64,000 nt of DNA from an uncultured Crocinitomix sp. (GTDB taxonomy: Bacteria; Bacteroidota; Bacteroidia; Flavobacteriales_D; Crocinitomicaceae): positions 3,625 through 67,624 of the forward strand of contig CAKZPK010000024.1 in the NCBI GenBank assembly GCA_937139035.1, in the 5' to 3' direction. The notes beneath the pieces are model-generated. The model was not told the DNA's origin. It was given only the letters and a program-made list of their open reading frames with translations, and searched no databases. The number at the start of each line of letters is the position of its first letter. Position 1 is the first letter of the stretch. The translations under genes were made by a program, and so were the position numbers. Of the stretch, positions 51,483-60,697 are shown one piece after another.

Positions 51483-52258
51483 TAGCATTCATTCAGTTTA
51501 TTGAGCATTTCAATTAGTTCCGGTTGGGGGTGACAATCACTTTTATCCGATCGGTACGATACATGTGTGTAAATGCCTGGACTGCCTTTTAAGGCATTTT
51601 CTGAAACATCCCACATGTCCGAATTATAATGCAATGGTATGTCGTGATAGTCTGCCCAATATTTGAGTAACCAGGAGACTGATTCAATTTGAAATTCGGT
51701 ATATCGCTCATAGTGTTGATATCCTCTAAACGCTTCATCATAAGTAATGACATTTGCCTGATCAACAACAACTTTAATTGAATCTCCGTTCCGGTCTTTT
51801 CGATCACCCTCGCCAAAATCATTCACCCATGCTCGATATTCGCCATCAATTAGTTTTAATGGCCCCCAATTATCAATCTCTAAGCCTATACACGTTTTAT
51901 TCAGGTTTTGATATGGAATTGCATATTTCTTAAAAACAGCCTTTTTGATTCCTAAGTGATAACCCCAATGACGGGTGCTATGCAAACGATAAACTTCTGA
52001 ATGGCCAACAATAATTGGTGTGGCTATTTTACCGGGCTTCAAAAATTGACTAAGATCCCCTTTTACACCTTTTCCGGATGCTGTGTGATGCAAACAAACC
52101 TGCGTTTTATTGGTTACTTCAGGAAAATAGTCGGATTGTGGAAAATCGACACTTACAATACTGTTCAAATGCTCATTAAAGTCCATTGTAATGGTGTTTG
52201 AAAAAGCGCCGAAAGAAAACAGGCAACTTAGGATGATTAAAAAAAATTTACTTTTCAT
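51482..52258 (-). CDS. Endolysin, N-acetylmuramoyl-L-alanine amidase (Amidase_2-like), with signal-peptide-like N-terminus
   Basis: LHHTA, IGLEIDNWG, YT..QIES, TH.S.R.DKSD.HP. Confidence 0.8.
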   Translation of the reverse strand: MKSKFFLIILSCLFSFGAFSNTITMDFNEHLNSIVSVDFPQSDYFPEVTNKTQVCLHHTASGKGVKGDLSQFLKPGKIATPIIVGHSEVYRLHSTRHWGYHLGIKKAVFKKYAIPYQNLNKTCIGLEIDNWGPLKLIDGEYRAWVNDFGEGDRKDRNGDSIKVVVDQANVITYDEAFRGYQHYERYTEFQIESVSWLLKYWADYHDIPLHYNSDMWDVSENALKGSPGIYTHVSYRSDKSDCHPQPELIEMLNKLNEC

Positions 52259-52307
52259 ACGTTTTGGTTTTATAAAATGCTTTTACTAATATTTTGTACT
52301 ACCTAAA

Positions 52308-52332
52308 CCTCGCTGTGGTAAGTTCAGCGAGG
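52308..52332. terminator. Hairpin between capsid and lysis genes (terminator or processing site)
   Basis: CCTCGCTG...CAGCGAGG 8-bp stem. Confidence 0.45.
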
Positions 52333-52362
52333 CTCAGGTTCTTTTTATGAAGAAAGAATTTC

Positions 52363-53274
52363 TTATACAGCTCCGTCAATAACGGCTCCTCTCATTTTGT
52401 CATCCTGGATTTGTTCACCAATGAACTCTCCATAAATTCTCAATCTTGAGTGAGGAACTTTATATGTGAAGTCTTTATCTTTTCCTTGGTACTGAATACC
52501 GAGACTGTATTTGTCAAACATTGAATTTGCCTCTTCAACAACAATTGAAGCATGTTTATCTCCAGCTGCTGGATCCGCGCCAATCAACTTTTTGACAGCA
52601 GCTGCTGTGTACTTGATATCCAATCGCTCATTGACAGCCATGTCAATACCTAAGATTCGTCTTACTTCACCGTCTTTTAGGTTAGTCAAAACTGTTTTCT
52701 CAGAGGATGCCAATTCATCAGCCAAAAGGTCAATTTGATGTTGTTTACAAAGTACAAGTACAAAGTTTCTACCATCATACCGTTCTTTCAACTTAAGAAC
52801 ATCCTTTTTCGTCATGGCTTTTGAACCATCTCCACGATCTTCTCCAGTTGTTTGGATTACTGGGGTTTCTGAAGCATCAGAAGTTGGAGCAACGGCATGA
52901 AGCGCATCAGTCGCTAATTTTGCGTTTAATGACTTCACAATAGATCCTTTGATCGCAGTTTCTTTGTTGTAGGTCAACTTTCGAATGTCCGTATCAGAAA
53001 CTCGATAAACTTTTGAAGTAAAGTTGGTCCACGGAACAATTGCTTTTTTGTCAGCGACTTTCTCAGGTTCTCCAAAAGTATCATCTACTGATACTCCAGT
53101 TTCAAATTGAAAATCGTTAACGATCAAATTGATGTTTACACCATCAGCAGATCTGGCCCCAGCAGAAACTTTTCCAAAATACTGTGTGAAGTTGTCATCT
53201 AATACCTGGATTGATTCCAACAGGATAGGTGCAACATATTTATTTAGACTCGCGTCATCTGTGAAAACTGCCAT
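52363..53274 (-). CDS. Major capsid protein (putative)
   Basis: 303 aa, coupled directly after the protease; APT....TPV..TTG and LVLC..H..DLL patterns. Confidence 0.75.
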   Translation of the reverse strand: MAVFTDDASLNKYVAPILLESIQVLDDNFTQYFGKVSAGARSADGVNINLIVNDFQFETGVSVDDTFGEPEKVADKKAIVPWTNFTSKVYRVSDTDIRKLTYNKETAIKGSIVKSLNAKLATDALHAVAPTSDASETPVIQTTGEDRGDGSKAMTKKDVLKLKERYDGRNFVLVLCKQHQIDLLADELASSEKTVLTNLKDGEVRRILGIDMAVNERLDIKYTAAAVKKLIGADPAAGDKHASIVVEEANSMFDKYSLGIQYQGKDKDFTYKVPHSRLRIYGEFIGEQIQDDKMRGAVIDGAV

Positions 53275-54374
53275 TACTTCTTAAATTTTTCGTTATACAA
53301 TTGGTCAAAAACGTCAGGAGTTTTGTCTTGGATAGCTTCCAATTCAGCTTCTGAGTAATCATCCCACTTTTTCTTGTTTTCGACAGGATTACCGCCTTTA
53401 AGCGACTCCTGAAGTGCGTTTAACAATTGATTGATTGGTTCGCCTCCATTTTTAGGATTTGCAGGGGTACCGTCTCCACCTTCACCTCCATTGTCACCTG
53501 CGCCATTAGCTGGTGGTGTTACAACATTTTGCTCCTCAATCATTTTGAGTGTAGTTGTTGCATCATTGGCTGCAAGATTCTTGAGAGTATCCTCTTTAAA
53601 TCCTTTTGTCTTTCCAAAAGCAACAAGAGCATTAACTGCTGCGTTATCTTTTGCTTTGATCGCCTCGATCACTTGTTCCTCAGTTGCGTTTTCCGGCAGA
53701 CCAAGGTGTTTCAAAACTTTGTTCATATTTCGTTCTAGATTTGTTTCGGCTTTCATTTGAAGCAATACCTCTTTAGGTACATTAAACTTCATTTTGTTGA
53801 GTGCTTCAAAGGCGTTGTCAGGCATTGGTGAATTTTCATCACTTACTTCATCAACAAAACCTTTTTCAAGAGCAGTGGAGGCATTCATCCAAGTGGTTTT
53901 TCGCATCATTTCTGATACTTCCTCTTTACTGATCCCTGTCTTTTCGACATACTCTTCAATGGCTTGATTTCTTAAATTCTCATACAATTGCTTGCTTGAT
54001 TCAAAATCCTCCGTGTGCTGAATTACAGGTCTCCAACTCGGATCATGTATCATGAACTGAGTGTTTTTGGCTGCAACTACTTTTTTAAAGGCCATTGAAA
54101 CAGTAGTAGCAGAGCTCGCTACTAATGCTCCTAGTTTAGCCGTTCGGTTTCCGGTGAATCTTCGGATTTGATTTCCAATTTCATTACCCTCAAACATGTC
54201 ACCTCCTGGAGAATTGATATAACCCTCAACATCTGTAATACCTGCTTTAATAAATTCATCAATTCTAGCAGTAAATGATTTTGAATCATTATCCCACCAA
54301 TCAATGTCACCTATAATTTGAATTACAGCTACACCTGATTTGTTTTCAATTGAATATCTACTTGGTACTGGCAT
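53274..54374 (-). CDS. ClpP-type head maturation protease fused to a scaffold domain
   Basis: INSPGG, ASSAT, FMIHDP, TWM.A..A.E.GF.D; C-terminal LGLPENATEEQV scaffold. Confidence 0.9.
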   Translation of the reverse strand: MPVPSRYSIENKSGVAVIQIIGDIDWWDNDSKSFTARIDEFIKAGITDVEGYINSPGGDMFEGNEIGNQIRRFTGNRTAKLGALVASSATTVSMAFKKVVAAKNTQFMIHDPSWRPVIQHTEDFESSKQLYENLRNQAIEEYVEKTGISKEEVSEMMRKTTWMNASTALEKGFVDEVSDENSPMPDNAFEALNKMKFNVPKEVLLQMKAETNLERNMNKVLKHLGLPENATEEQVIEAIKAKDNAAVNALVAFGKTKGFKEDTLKNLAANDATTTLKMIEEQNVVTPPANGAGDNGGEGGDGTPANPKNGGEPINQLLNALQESLKGGNPVENKKKWDDYSEAELEAIQDKTPDVFDQLYNEKFKK

Positions 54375-54393
54375 TTACAGTTTTATTTCAGGC

Positions 54394-54526
54394 CAAAGTT
54401 AAGTTGTGTTTGTGGGCAAAAAAAAAGGTTGTGCGTAGCGTACGTAAATATTAACGTGACTACTGTTTTCCTACGCAGTTCTAACAAATGACCCTTTTTA
54501 AACAGCTATTCGATTGTTGACCTTTG
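54394..54526. promoter_or_regulatory. Divergent late promoter region
   Basis: TAACTTTG (minus, 54394-54401); GACCTTTG (plus, 54519-54526); inverted TGCGTAG/CTACGCA at 54432-54438/54471-54477. Confidence 0.55.
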
Positions 54527-54530
54527 TGTT

Positions 54531-55001
54531 ATGTCAAAGAGAGATGCAGCATACATATTATATCTAAATGGTTGGTCACATAAACAGATCGCCAACTTGG
54601 TTGATATGAGTCCAGACACCGTTGCGAGATGGAGTTCAAAGTACGGTTGGAAAAACAAAAAGAATGAGAAGGGATTATTAGAACAGACCTCCCGTGAACG
54701 AATTTTATCACTTATTGATTATCAGTTAAAAATAATTGAGAAAATTACTCATATCAATTCTCAAAAACTTGCTGGTAAGCTGGACGTATCTCAACTTCAA
54801 TCAATCCTGATTTCTAAAGGTGATATTGATGCACTTACCAAACTTGCATCCACAATCAAGGGTAAAGAAATGTCATGGGATAATATGGTAAAGATCACTA
54901 AGGAAATACTTGATTTTATTGAATCTGAAAATTTGACATTGGCTAAACGCATTAGTCCATTTTTAAGAGAGTGGCTAAACCATAAACGAGAGAACCTATG
55001 A
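54531..55001 (+). CDS. Terminase small subunit (HTH)
   Basis: A..LY..G.S.K.IA....S..TV.RW....GW; upstream of the large subunit. Confidence 0.8.
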   Translation: MSKRDAAYILYLNGWSHKQIANLVDMSPDTVARWSSKYGWKNKKNEKGLLEQTSRERILSLIDYQLKIIEKITHINSQKLAGKLDVSQLQSILISKGDIDALTKLASTIKGKEMSWDNMVKITKEILDFIESENLTLAKRISPFLREWLNHKRENL

Positions 55002-56668
55002 AAATTGAGGATTTAAGTCCAAAGGAACGTAAGATATGGCAGGAGTTTGAGCGGAATTCTCTACGGGTTGAAAACTCAAGTGAGGTAGATGTAAAGGTTA
55101 AAAAAGAAACCGAAGCTCAAAAGAAAAAACGGATCGCACGATTGTTGAAGCCTGGAAACTTTGACCAGTTTATCAATTATTATTTTGGGAGTGATGATTT
55201 TAAACCAGCCCCCTTAGCATGGTTCCATTGGGAGGCTATTGATAACGTTTTGGTCCATAAGTACCGGAAGCATATTTGGGAATGGCACCGTGAAAGTGCA
55301 AAGTCTGTTTTTGCCGATATTTTTCTGGTGATTCACATGTTAGTCTCCGGAGAGCTGGATGGATTAATCTTAGCAAGTCAAAACGCGGACAAAGCCAAAA
55401 ACTTGTTAAAGGATGTTGAAGTACAGCTGAGAAAGAATAAGCGATTGCTTCATGATTTTGGAGACTTCGGTATTTCAGGATCATTCATGTCGGCATATTT
55501 CTGTACTTCCAAAGGAGTGGGGTTTTGGTGTTTTGGACTTGGACAGGATCCAGCTGGTACCAGAGAAGGATTTAAACGACCTAACCTTGGAATTGTTGAT
55601 GATGCTGATAACAAAAAAACAGCAAAGAACCAGGAATTAACTGAGGAACATGTTGAATGGATCAAGGGTGAATTCATGGGGTGTTTAGCCAAAGATAACC
55701 GCCGTTTTATTTATGTCAATAACCGAGTTCATAAGAAAGGAATAACTGCACATTTGGTTGGAGACATTGATGAAGATGATCAAAAGGATAAGTCCTTTAC
55801 TCATATTAAGGTACACCTTACTGAAGACCCAATTACTCATGAACCTATTTATCCAATCAACGGAAACGAAGCGGAAATACTTCAGGATTTAATTGAAAAG
55901 GGAGCAAAACCTGCATGGGATGAATATTACTCGCTTGAAGATTGTGTTGCTAAAATCATTGATTATGGCTTCTCAACGGCGCTTCGACAAATGTATCACC
56001 ATCAGGTGGAACCAGGCACAACATTTACTGAAGACAATTTGGTGTGGGCCCATGTTTTCCCATTGGAAAAATATGACGCTATTCTCAGTTACTGTGATCC
56101 TGCGTTCGGTGAATCAGGAAAAGCAAGTTATAAGGCCATTGCCTTAGTAGGTAAGAAAGGGCATTTGTATGATGTGCTTTGGATCTGGTTGAGACAGAAA
56201 GGTAATTGGTTAAAAGAGCACCGATACCTGGCTGAGGAAACTGAAAAGATTGATCTACTGAAATTTAACCCTGACAAACTGGAGAAGGTTAAAAGCAAGA
56301 TCAAACATTGGTGTGAAGCAAATGATTTACAACGGACCGAATTAAGAAAGTCCTATGAAATAGAAAACCTAAACTATTCCTCTCCGTGGTACCCAAAATA
56401 CGACACCGAGCGAAAAGGCGATAAAATAGGACGTATTGAGCAAATGGAGACTATTGCAAATCATCATCATTTGCGATTTAACATTGCCATGAAAGGCAGT
56501 AAAGATATGACTACCCTACGCGATCAATTTAAAGGATTCCCTAATGGTAAAATTGATGGGCCGGATTGCATTCAAGGAGCGAGAAATAAACTCGATAAAA
56601 TGACACGAAAAAAAGGAAAGAAAACCCGAAAGGGAAAATTCAATAAAGACAGTAAACGATTATGGTAA
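54998..56668 (+). CDS. Terminase large subunit
   Basis: WHRESAKS Walker-A variant, IVDDAD, YCDPAF, DGPD nuclease motifs. Confidence 0.88.
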   Translation: MKIEDLSPKERKIWQEFERNSLRVENSSEVDVKVKKETEAQKKKRIARLLKPGNFDQFINYYFGSDDFKPAPLAWFHWEAIDNVLVHKYRKHIWEWHRESAKSVFADIFLVIHMLVSGELDGLILASQNADKAKNLLKDVEVQLRKNKRLLHDFGDFGISGSFMSAYFCTSKGVGFWCFGLGQDPAGTREGFKRPNLGIVDDADNKKTAKNQELTEEHVEWIKGEFMGCLAKDNRRFIYVNNRVHKKGITAHLVGDIDEDDQKDKSFTHIKVHLTEDPITHEPIYPINGNEAEILQDLIEKGAKPAWDEYYSLEDCVAKIIDYGFSTALRQMYHHQVEPGTTFTEDNLVWAHVFPLEKYDAILSYCDPAFGESGKASYKAIALVGKKGHLYDVLWIWLRQKGNWLKEHRYLAEETEKIDLLKFNPDKLEKVKSKIKHWCEANDLQRTELRKSYEIENLNYSSPWYPKYDTERKGDKIGRIEQMETIANHHHLRFNIAMKGSKDMTTLRDQFKGFPNGKIDGPDCIQGARNKLDKMTRKKGKKTRKGKFNKDSKRLW

Positions 56669-57108
56669 CAGATTATTTAACTCAAGCAGATCTGCAATCA
56701 TCAATAAGAGATGAGCGCCTTTCACATATCCTGGACAATGATGACGTTTCTCCGGAAGATTTATTTGGTGATGCAGTTTTTCATACTACAAGCATTGTGG
56801 GAGACCATTTGGAGCGGTTTGAAATAGCTGCTGAATTCGAAAAGTCAGGAACTGACCGAAATGGATCTGTCATGTACTATTGTAAGCACATCTGTCTTTA
56901 CATCATATATGAGCGCATTGATGATGATGAAGTTCCTGAGCGCATTGTAAAAAACTATGATGATACCATTGAGACATTAAGGCAAATTGCCAAAGGAAAA
57001 ATGTCGATAAGTATTCCTCTCAAATTAGAAGACACTGACGGTGATGGCGAAGGTGATAAAAAGCGAACAAAATTCAGATGGGGTGGTGATGCTCCTAGAA
57101 AATACTAA
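56662..57108 (+). CDS. Head-tail connector (Mu gp36/DUF1320-like)
   Basis: YLT..DL, I.LY.I, Y...I..L..IAKG. Confidence 0.8.
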   Translation: MVTDYLTQADLQSSIRDERLSHILDNDDVSPEDLFGDAVFHTTSIVGDHLERFEIAAEFEKSGTDRNGSVMYYCKHICLYIIYERIDDDEVPERIVKNYDDTIETLRQIAKGKMSISIPLKLEDTDGDGEGDKKRTKFRWGGDAPRKY

Positions 57109-57113
57109 AGAAT

Positions 57114-58298
57114 ATGGGAATTTATGATTATTTACCAGCTGGTGTTAAGAACTTCTTTAATGCACAGCAGAAGGAAGAGAAATTTGTCAAAAAAGAAAGT
57201 AAGGGACTGTCCTTTACTTTTAGTGGAAATAGAACGTTTCGTTTTGAAGCTGAAATTCGAGATTTGGATGTGGCAATCGCTGCTGCACTAGATGAAGAAC
57301 TACCAAATCGTATTCCTCTTTATACGATATATGAGAATTTGACCGATTTGCATGTAAAATCACAAATAAGAACGGCGATATTTAAAGCAGCTAGTCAGCC
57401 TTGGATATTGGTGGACAATAATGGGAAACGAAAAAAGGATCTCGAGAAGCTACTTCAGAAATCTTGGTTTGAAACTTTTGCAGAAACTTTTGTTCATACA
57501 GAGTTTTACGGGCATTCACTTGTTTACTTTTGGTTAGGAGATGATGGTGAGTTCAAAGAGACCAAGATCATTCCTAGAATGAACGTGTCACCTGAGAAAG
57601 GAGCATTGATTCCAAATTTGAACTTTCCGGACAAAACTGTTTCATACCGAAACAATGCATTATTTAAAACAATGCTCTTAGAAATTGGAAAAAGTGATGA
57701 CCTTGGAATTTTAAAGGACATTACGCGACACTCCATTTTGAAAGGATATGCTTTAAAAGATTGGGCGAGATCATCTGAAAAGTGGGGTGATCCGTTACTG
57801 GTATTTCAAACAGCCTCAGATGATGAAGAGGAGAATGACGAGAAAGAAGCAGCTGCTGCCAATTTTGGGAACAATGGGTATTTAATGCCGGATGTTGATG
57901 ATAAGGTTACATTGCTTGAGCGAAAGTCTTCAGGTAGTTCACACAAAATTTTTATGGATCTGATTAAGATCAACAATGATGAAAATTCAAAAGGTGTGAA
58001 TGGTCAGGTTGCTACAGCTGATCAAAAATCATTTGTTGGAGCTGCGGAGGTTCAAGAGCGCTTATTGAACGATTATACTAAAGCGAGATTGCGATCTCTA
58101 ATGTATTATGTTAATGAAAGCCTTATCCCGTTTTTGATCCAATACAATTTTGGACAAACCGTTTATAAAGCGCTTGACGGGGTTAAATGGGTACCATCTG
58201 CTTTACTTCAGGAGGAAGATAGCGGTAAACCGAAGAATCCTAAAAAGGATGATCCGGAGCCTCTTGATCCTAAAAACAATAACAACCCTTTCGCGTAG
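57114..58298 (+). CDS. Portal protein (Mu gp29/DUF935-like)
   Basis: DLH, FYGHSL, LGIL, W...EK.G.P, E.SK...GQ, AEVQE. Confidence 0.88.
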   Translation: MGIYDYLPAGVKNFFNAQQKEEKFVKKESKGLSFTFSGNRTFRFEAEIRDLDVAIAAALDEELPNRIPLYTIYENLTDLHVKSQIRTAIFKAASQPWILVDNNGKRKKDLEKLLQKSWFETFAETFVHTEFYGHSLVYFWLGDDGEFKETKIIPRMNVSPEKGALIPNLNFPDKTVSYRNNALFKTMLLEIGKSDDLGILKDITRHSILKGYALKDWARSSEKWGDPLLVFQTASDDEEENDEKEAAAANFGNNGYLMPDVDDKVTLLERKSSGSSHKIFMDLIKINNDENSKGVNGQVATADQKSFVGAAEVQERLLNDYTKARLRSLMYYVNESLIPFLIQYNFGQTVYKALDGVKWVPSALLQEEDSGKPKNPKKDDPEPLDPKNNNNPFA

Positions 58299-58333
58299 GC
58301 CCCGTAATTGCACGAACATGGCAGTTCGGGGCC
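58286..58333 (+). other. Programmed -1 ribosomal frameshift signal (portal to MuF)
   Basis: In-frame heptamer C CCT TTC 58286-58292; 5-nt spacer; hairpin GGCCCCG(58298-58304)/CGGGGCC(58327-58333) plus inner AATTGC/GCAGTT; the -1 frame is open into MuF. Confidence 0.75.
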
Positions 58334-58408
58334 AAAATAAAATCGCTTTACAAGGAGTTTTCAGTAACTAATACGGATAAACTACCTATTGACGGAATAG
58401 ACGAGCTC

Positions 58409-59479
58409 GTGATAAAAGCGCTCAAACAAATTTACAAAGGCAATGAGGTTGCTAATGCAGATCTATTTCAAATTACGAATGAAGCATTGCAAGGATCTAT
58501 TGATAGTAGTATTGATTTAGAGTATAATGTGACCAATCAAACATTGATCAATCAATTGCGAACCAATGCTGGTGTATTTGCTGCGTTCAAAAGTCACAAA
58601 CAAACTGAAGCTATTGCAGCACTATTAATTGATGATCAAGGCGAGATCGTTCCATTTGGTAAGTTTAAAAAAGAAGCGCTTAAAATTTCGGACAAGTACA
58701 ATAAGGATTGGCTTAGAACGGAATACAATACAGCATTAAGACGCGGAAGTATGGCCGAGCGGTTTACCAGGTTTAAAGAGGATTCTGATTTATATGCAAA
58801 TTTGCGCTGGCTTCAAAGTACGAGTGGCGAACCTCGTGGACAACATATCAAGTATTATGGATTAGTACTCCCAATTGATCATCCATTTTGGGCGGAGCAA
58901 TTCCCTGGTGTTTTATGGAATTGTAAATGTGATATTGAACAAACGGATGATAAAGCTGGTCGAGCTCCATCTGATTGGCCTGAACCTCCAGCAGGGCTTG
59001 AAGGCAATCCTGCATTTACAGGAGAATTGATTGGAACACAGCACCCATATTTTAGTGGAGTGCCTAATTCAGACGGTACAGTTGTGAGTCGTTTGGTCCA
59101 AAGAGATACTGAAAAACGTGTGAGCGATTGGGCTAAAAACACAATTGATACGGTAAATGGTTTGATTATTACAAACAAGGTGCTGCACACTGGTCAAATG
59201 ATGATCCGCCGAGGGGATATTAAAACGCTTTCTCGAAAAATAACTGATCCATTTTTAAAAACATACCCAACGGTACTATCTGATGATGTTGATAATTGGG
59301 AATATGTTGGTTTCGCTGAAGTGGAACCGGGAAAGCATAAAGGTGTAACCAAGTTTTTGTACTACAAAACTACATACGGTGATGAGGAGATCTTTATTAA
59401 TGTAAAGCTGCACCCTGAATATGGTGAGCGTCCTTATGCGATAAGTGTAGGAATTGATAATAAGCGGATAGAAAAATAA
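58409..59479 (+). CDS. MuF (Mu gp30/SPP1 gp7-like) minor head protein with C-terminal extension domain
   Basis: FAAFKSH, WLRTEYNTA, PR..H, DHPFW, P...WNC.C; ~130-aa extra C-terminal domain; frame open upstream to 58283. Confidence 0.85.
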   Translation: MIKALKQIYKGNEVANADLFQITNEALQGSIDSSIDLEYNVTNQTLINQLRTNAGVFAAFKSHKQTEAIAALLIDDQGEIVPFGKFKKEALKISDKYNKDWLRTEYNTALRRGSMAERFTRFKEDSDLYANLRWLQSTSGEPRGQHIKYYGLVLPIDHPFWAEQFPGVLWNCKCDIEQTDDKAGRAPSDWPEPPAGLEGNPAFTGELIGTQHPYFSGVPNSDGTVVSRLVQRDTEKRVSDWAKNTIDTVNGLIITNKVLHTGQMMIRRGDIKTLSRKITDPFLKTYPTVLSDDVDNWEYVGFAEVEPGKHKGVTKFLYYKTTYGDEEIFINVKLHPEYGERPYAISVGIDNKRIEK

Positions 59480-59541
59480 GAGATTTAAAAAGCGTTGAAG
59501 TGTATTTTAACATACACCGCGACTCACATTTAAACCTCTTA
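59477..59541 (-). ncRNA. Candidate small structured RNA convergent with MuF
   Basis: 13-bp closing stem (G-U on minus, A-C mismatch on plus); inner GTGTAT/ATACAC stem; consensus TAACTTTG -7 box on minus at 59548-59555. Confidence 0.5.
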
Positions 59542-59554
59542 GAGTAACAAAGTT

Positions 59555-59983
59555 ATGAAAGATTTACAGAGAAAACTAAAAAAAGTACAACAATACCTTC
59601 AGAATGATGTGAAAAAGGATATGGGTGTGCAAGCTGTAAATCATTACCGGCGATCATTTATCAATGAGGGATTTACTGACAAAAGGTTAAGCAAGTGGCA
59701 ACCGGTTAAGCGAAATAAAAACGGAAAAGGTGCTGCACGTACTCGGAAGATATTAACCGAAAGTAAACGTTTATCCGATTCAGGAAGATACCGAATCACT
59801 GCGAGAGGTGTACAAATAATATATGGAACTAAATATGCCGAAATACATAATAAGGGAGGCCGAGCTGGACGAAATGGATCTGCTATCATTCCGAAACGTC
59901 AATTTATTGGAAGGTCTGAACAGTTGAATCGAAAGATTTCTAAAACTATGGCAAAGCGCATAAATCGAATAATGAGAATGTAA
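59555..59983 (+). CDS. Virion morphogenesis protein (Mu gpG-like tail completion)
   Basis: F..EG....W.P, IL..S.RL..S, YA.IHN.GG, IPKRQFIG. Confidence 0.85.
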   Translation: MKDLQRKLKKVQQYLQNDVKKDMGVQAVNHYRRSFINEGFTDKRLSKWQPVKRNKNGKGAARTRKILTESKRLSDSGRYRITARGVQIIYGTKYAEIHNKGGRAGRNGSAIIPKRQFIGRSEQLNRKISKTMAKRINRIMRM

Positions 59984-59994
59984 TAATTAAAACT

Positions 59995-60453
59995 ATGTTT
60001 AAAGAACATTATAACCACATTAAAACCCAATTAGAAACTATTCCTGAAATAAAAGTTATTGAGTGGTACCTGGAACAAGATGACGAAAAAGGAGGGATCA
60101 TAAATACACCCTGCGTATTTGTGAATTTTGAGCCGGCAGAGATTAATGCTTTGACCAAAGATCAGCAAGAAGTAATTGTTGATGTTGAATTGATTTTATA
60201 CACAGATTTCAAAAAATCAAAAAGTAAAATTGCTGATGACACGAATCGCCATATATCAATTATGGCAGATATTAGGTCAAAAATGTACTGCTTTGAGGAA
60301 ACGGGGCATTTGCCTATGGAGCGTGACAATGGCCTGATTAGAAGTTCAGTATTATTACAGGATAAGTTTGTTGAGAAAAGGGCTAAAAAGCCAGCGTTTG
60401 GAATAATCACTCCTGAAGAATTTTCACCCGAGATTACAGAAGGTATTGATTAA
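59995..60453 (+). CDS. Tail terminator / Mu gp37-like protein
   Basis: I..I.W...Q, P.VFV.F; position. Confidence 0.6.
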   Translation: MFKEHYNHIKTQLETIPEIKVIEWYLEQDDEKGGIINTPCVFVNFEPAEINALTKDQQEVIVDVELILYTDFKKSKSKIADDTNRHISIMADIRSKMYCFEETGHLPMERDNGLIRSSVLLQDKFVEKRAKKPAFGIITPEEFSPEITEGID

Positions 60454-60469
60454 GTCTGTATTTTTGTAG

Positions 60470-60679
60470 GTGAGTGATCAAAAGAACCATATTCGCCGAC
60501 GAGAAGCTGCTTATAATTTTTTCCTTCAATTATGGGATGTCAAGAGGTTGCGTTGGGATGATTCTGTAAAAAAGACAGCTGAGAAATTCTTTTATTCTGA
60601 GCGTACAGTGGAGGACATTATTCGCCAAAACAGAAAACTGGAAACAAAAAATGCCGACCTAGCTGATCGACATTCTTAA
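60470..60679 (+). CDS. Small HTH protein (Mor/C-like late regulator candidate)
   Basis: AEKFFYSERTVEDII helix-turn-helix; GTG start. Confidence 0.6.
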   Translation: MSDQKNHIRRREAAYNFFLQLWDVKRLRWDDSVKKTAEKFFYSERTVEDIIRQNRKLETKNADLADRHS

Positions 60680-60697
60680 ATGTGGAGTAAAAATTAA

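Noticed and set aside
58150..58371. 73-aa ORF-track entry spanning the portal-MuF gap
   Set aside because: It is in the +1 frame, overlaps the portal and stops before MuF; the -1 frame is the one continuous with MuF
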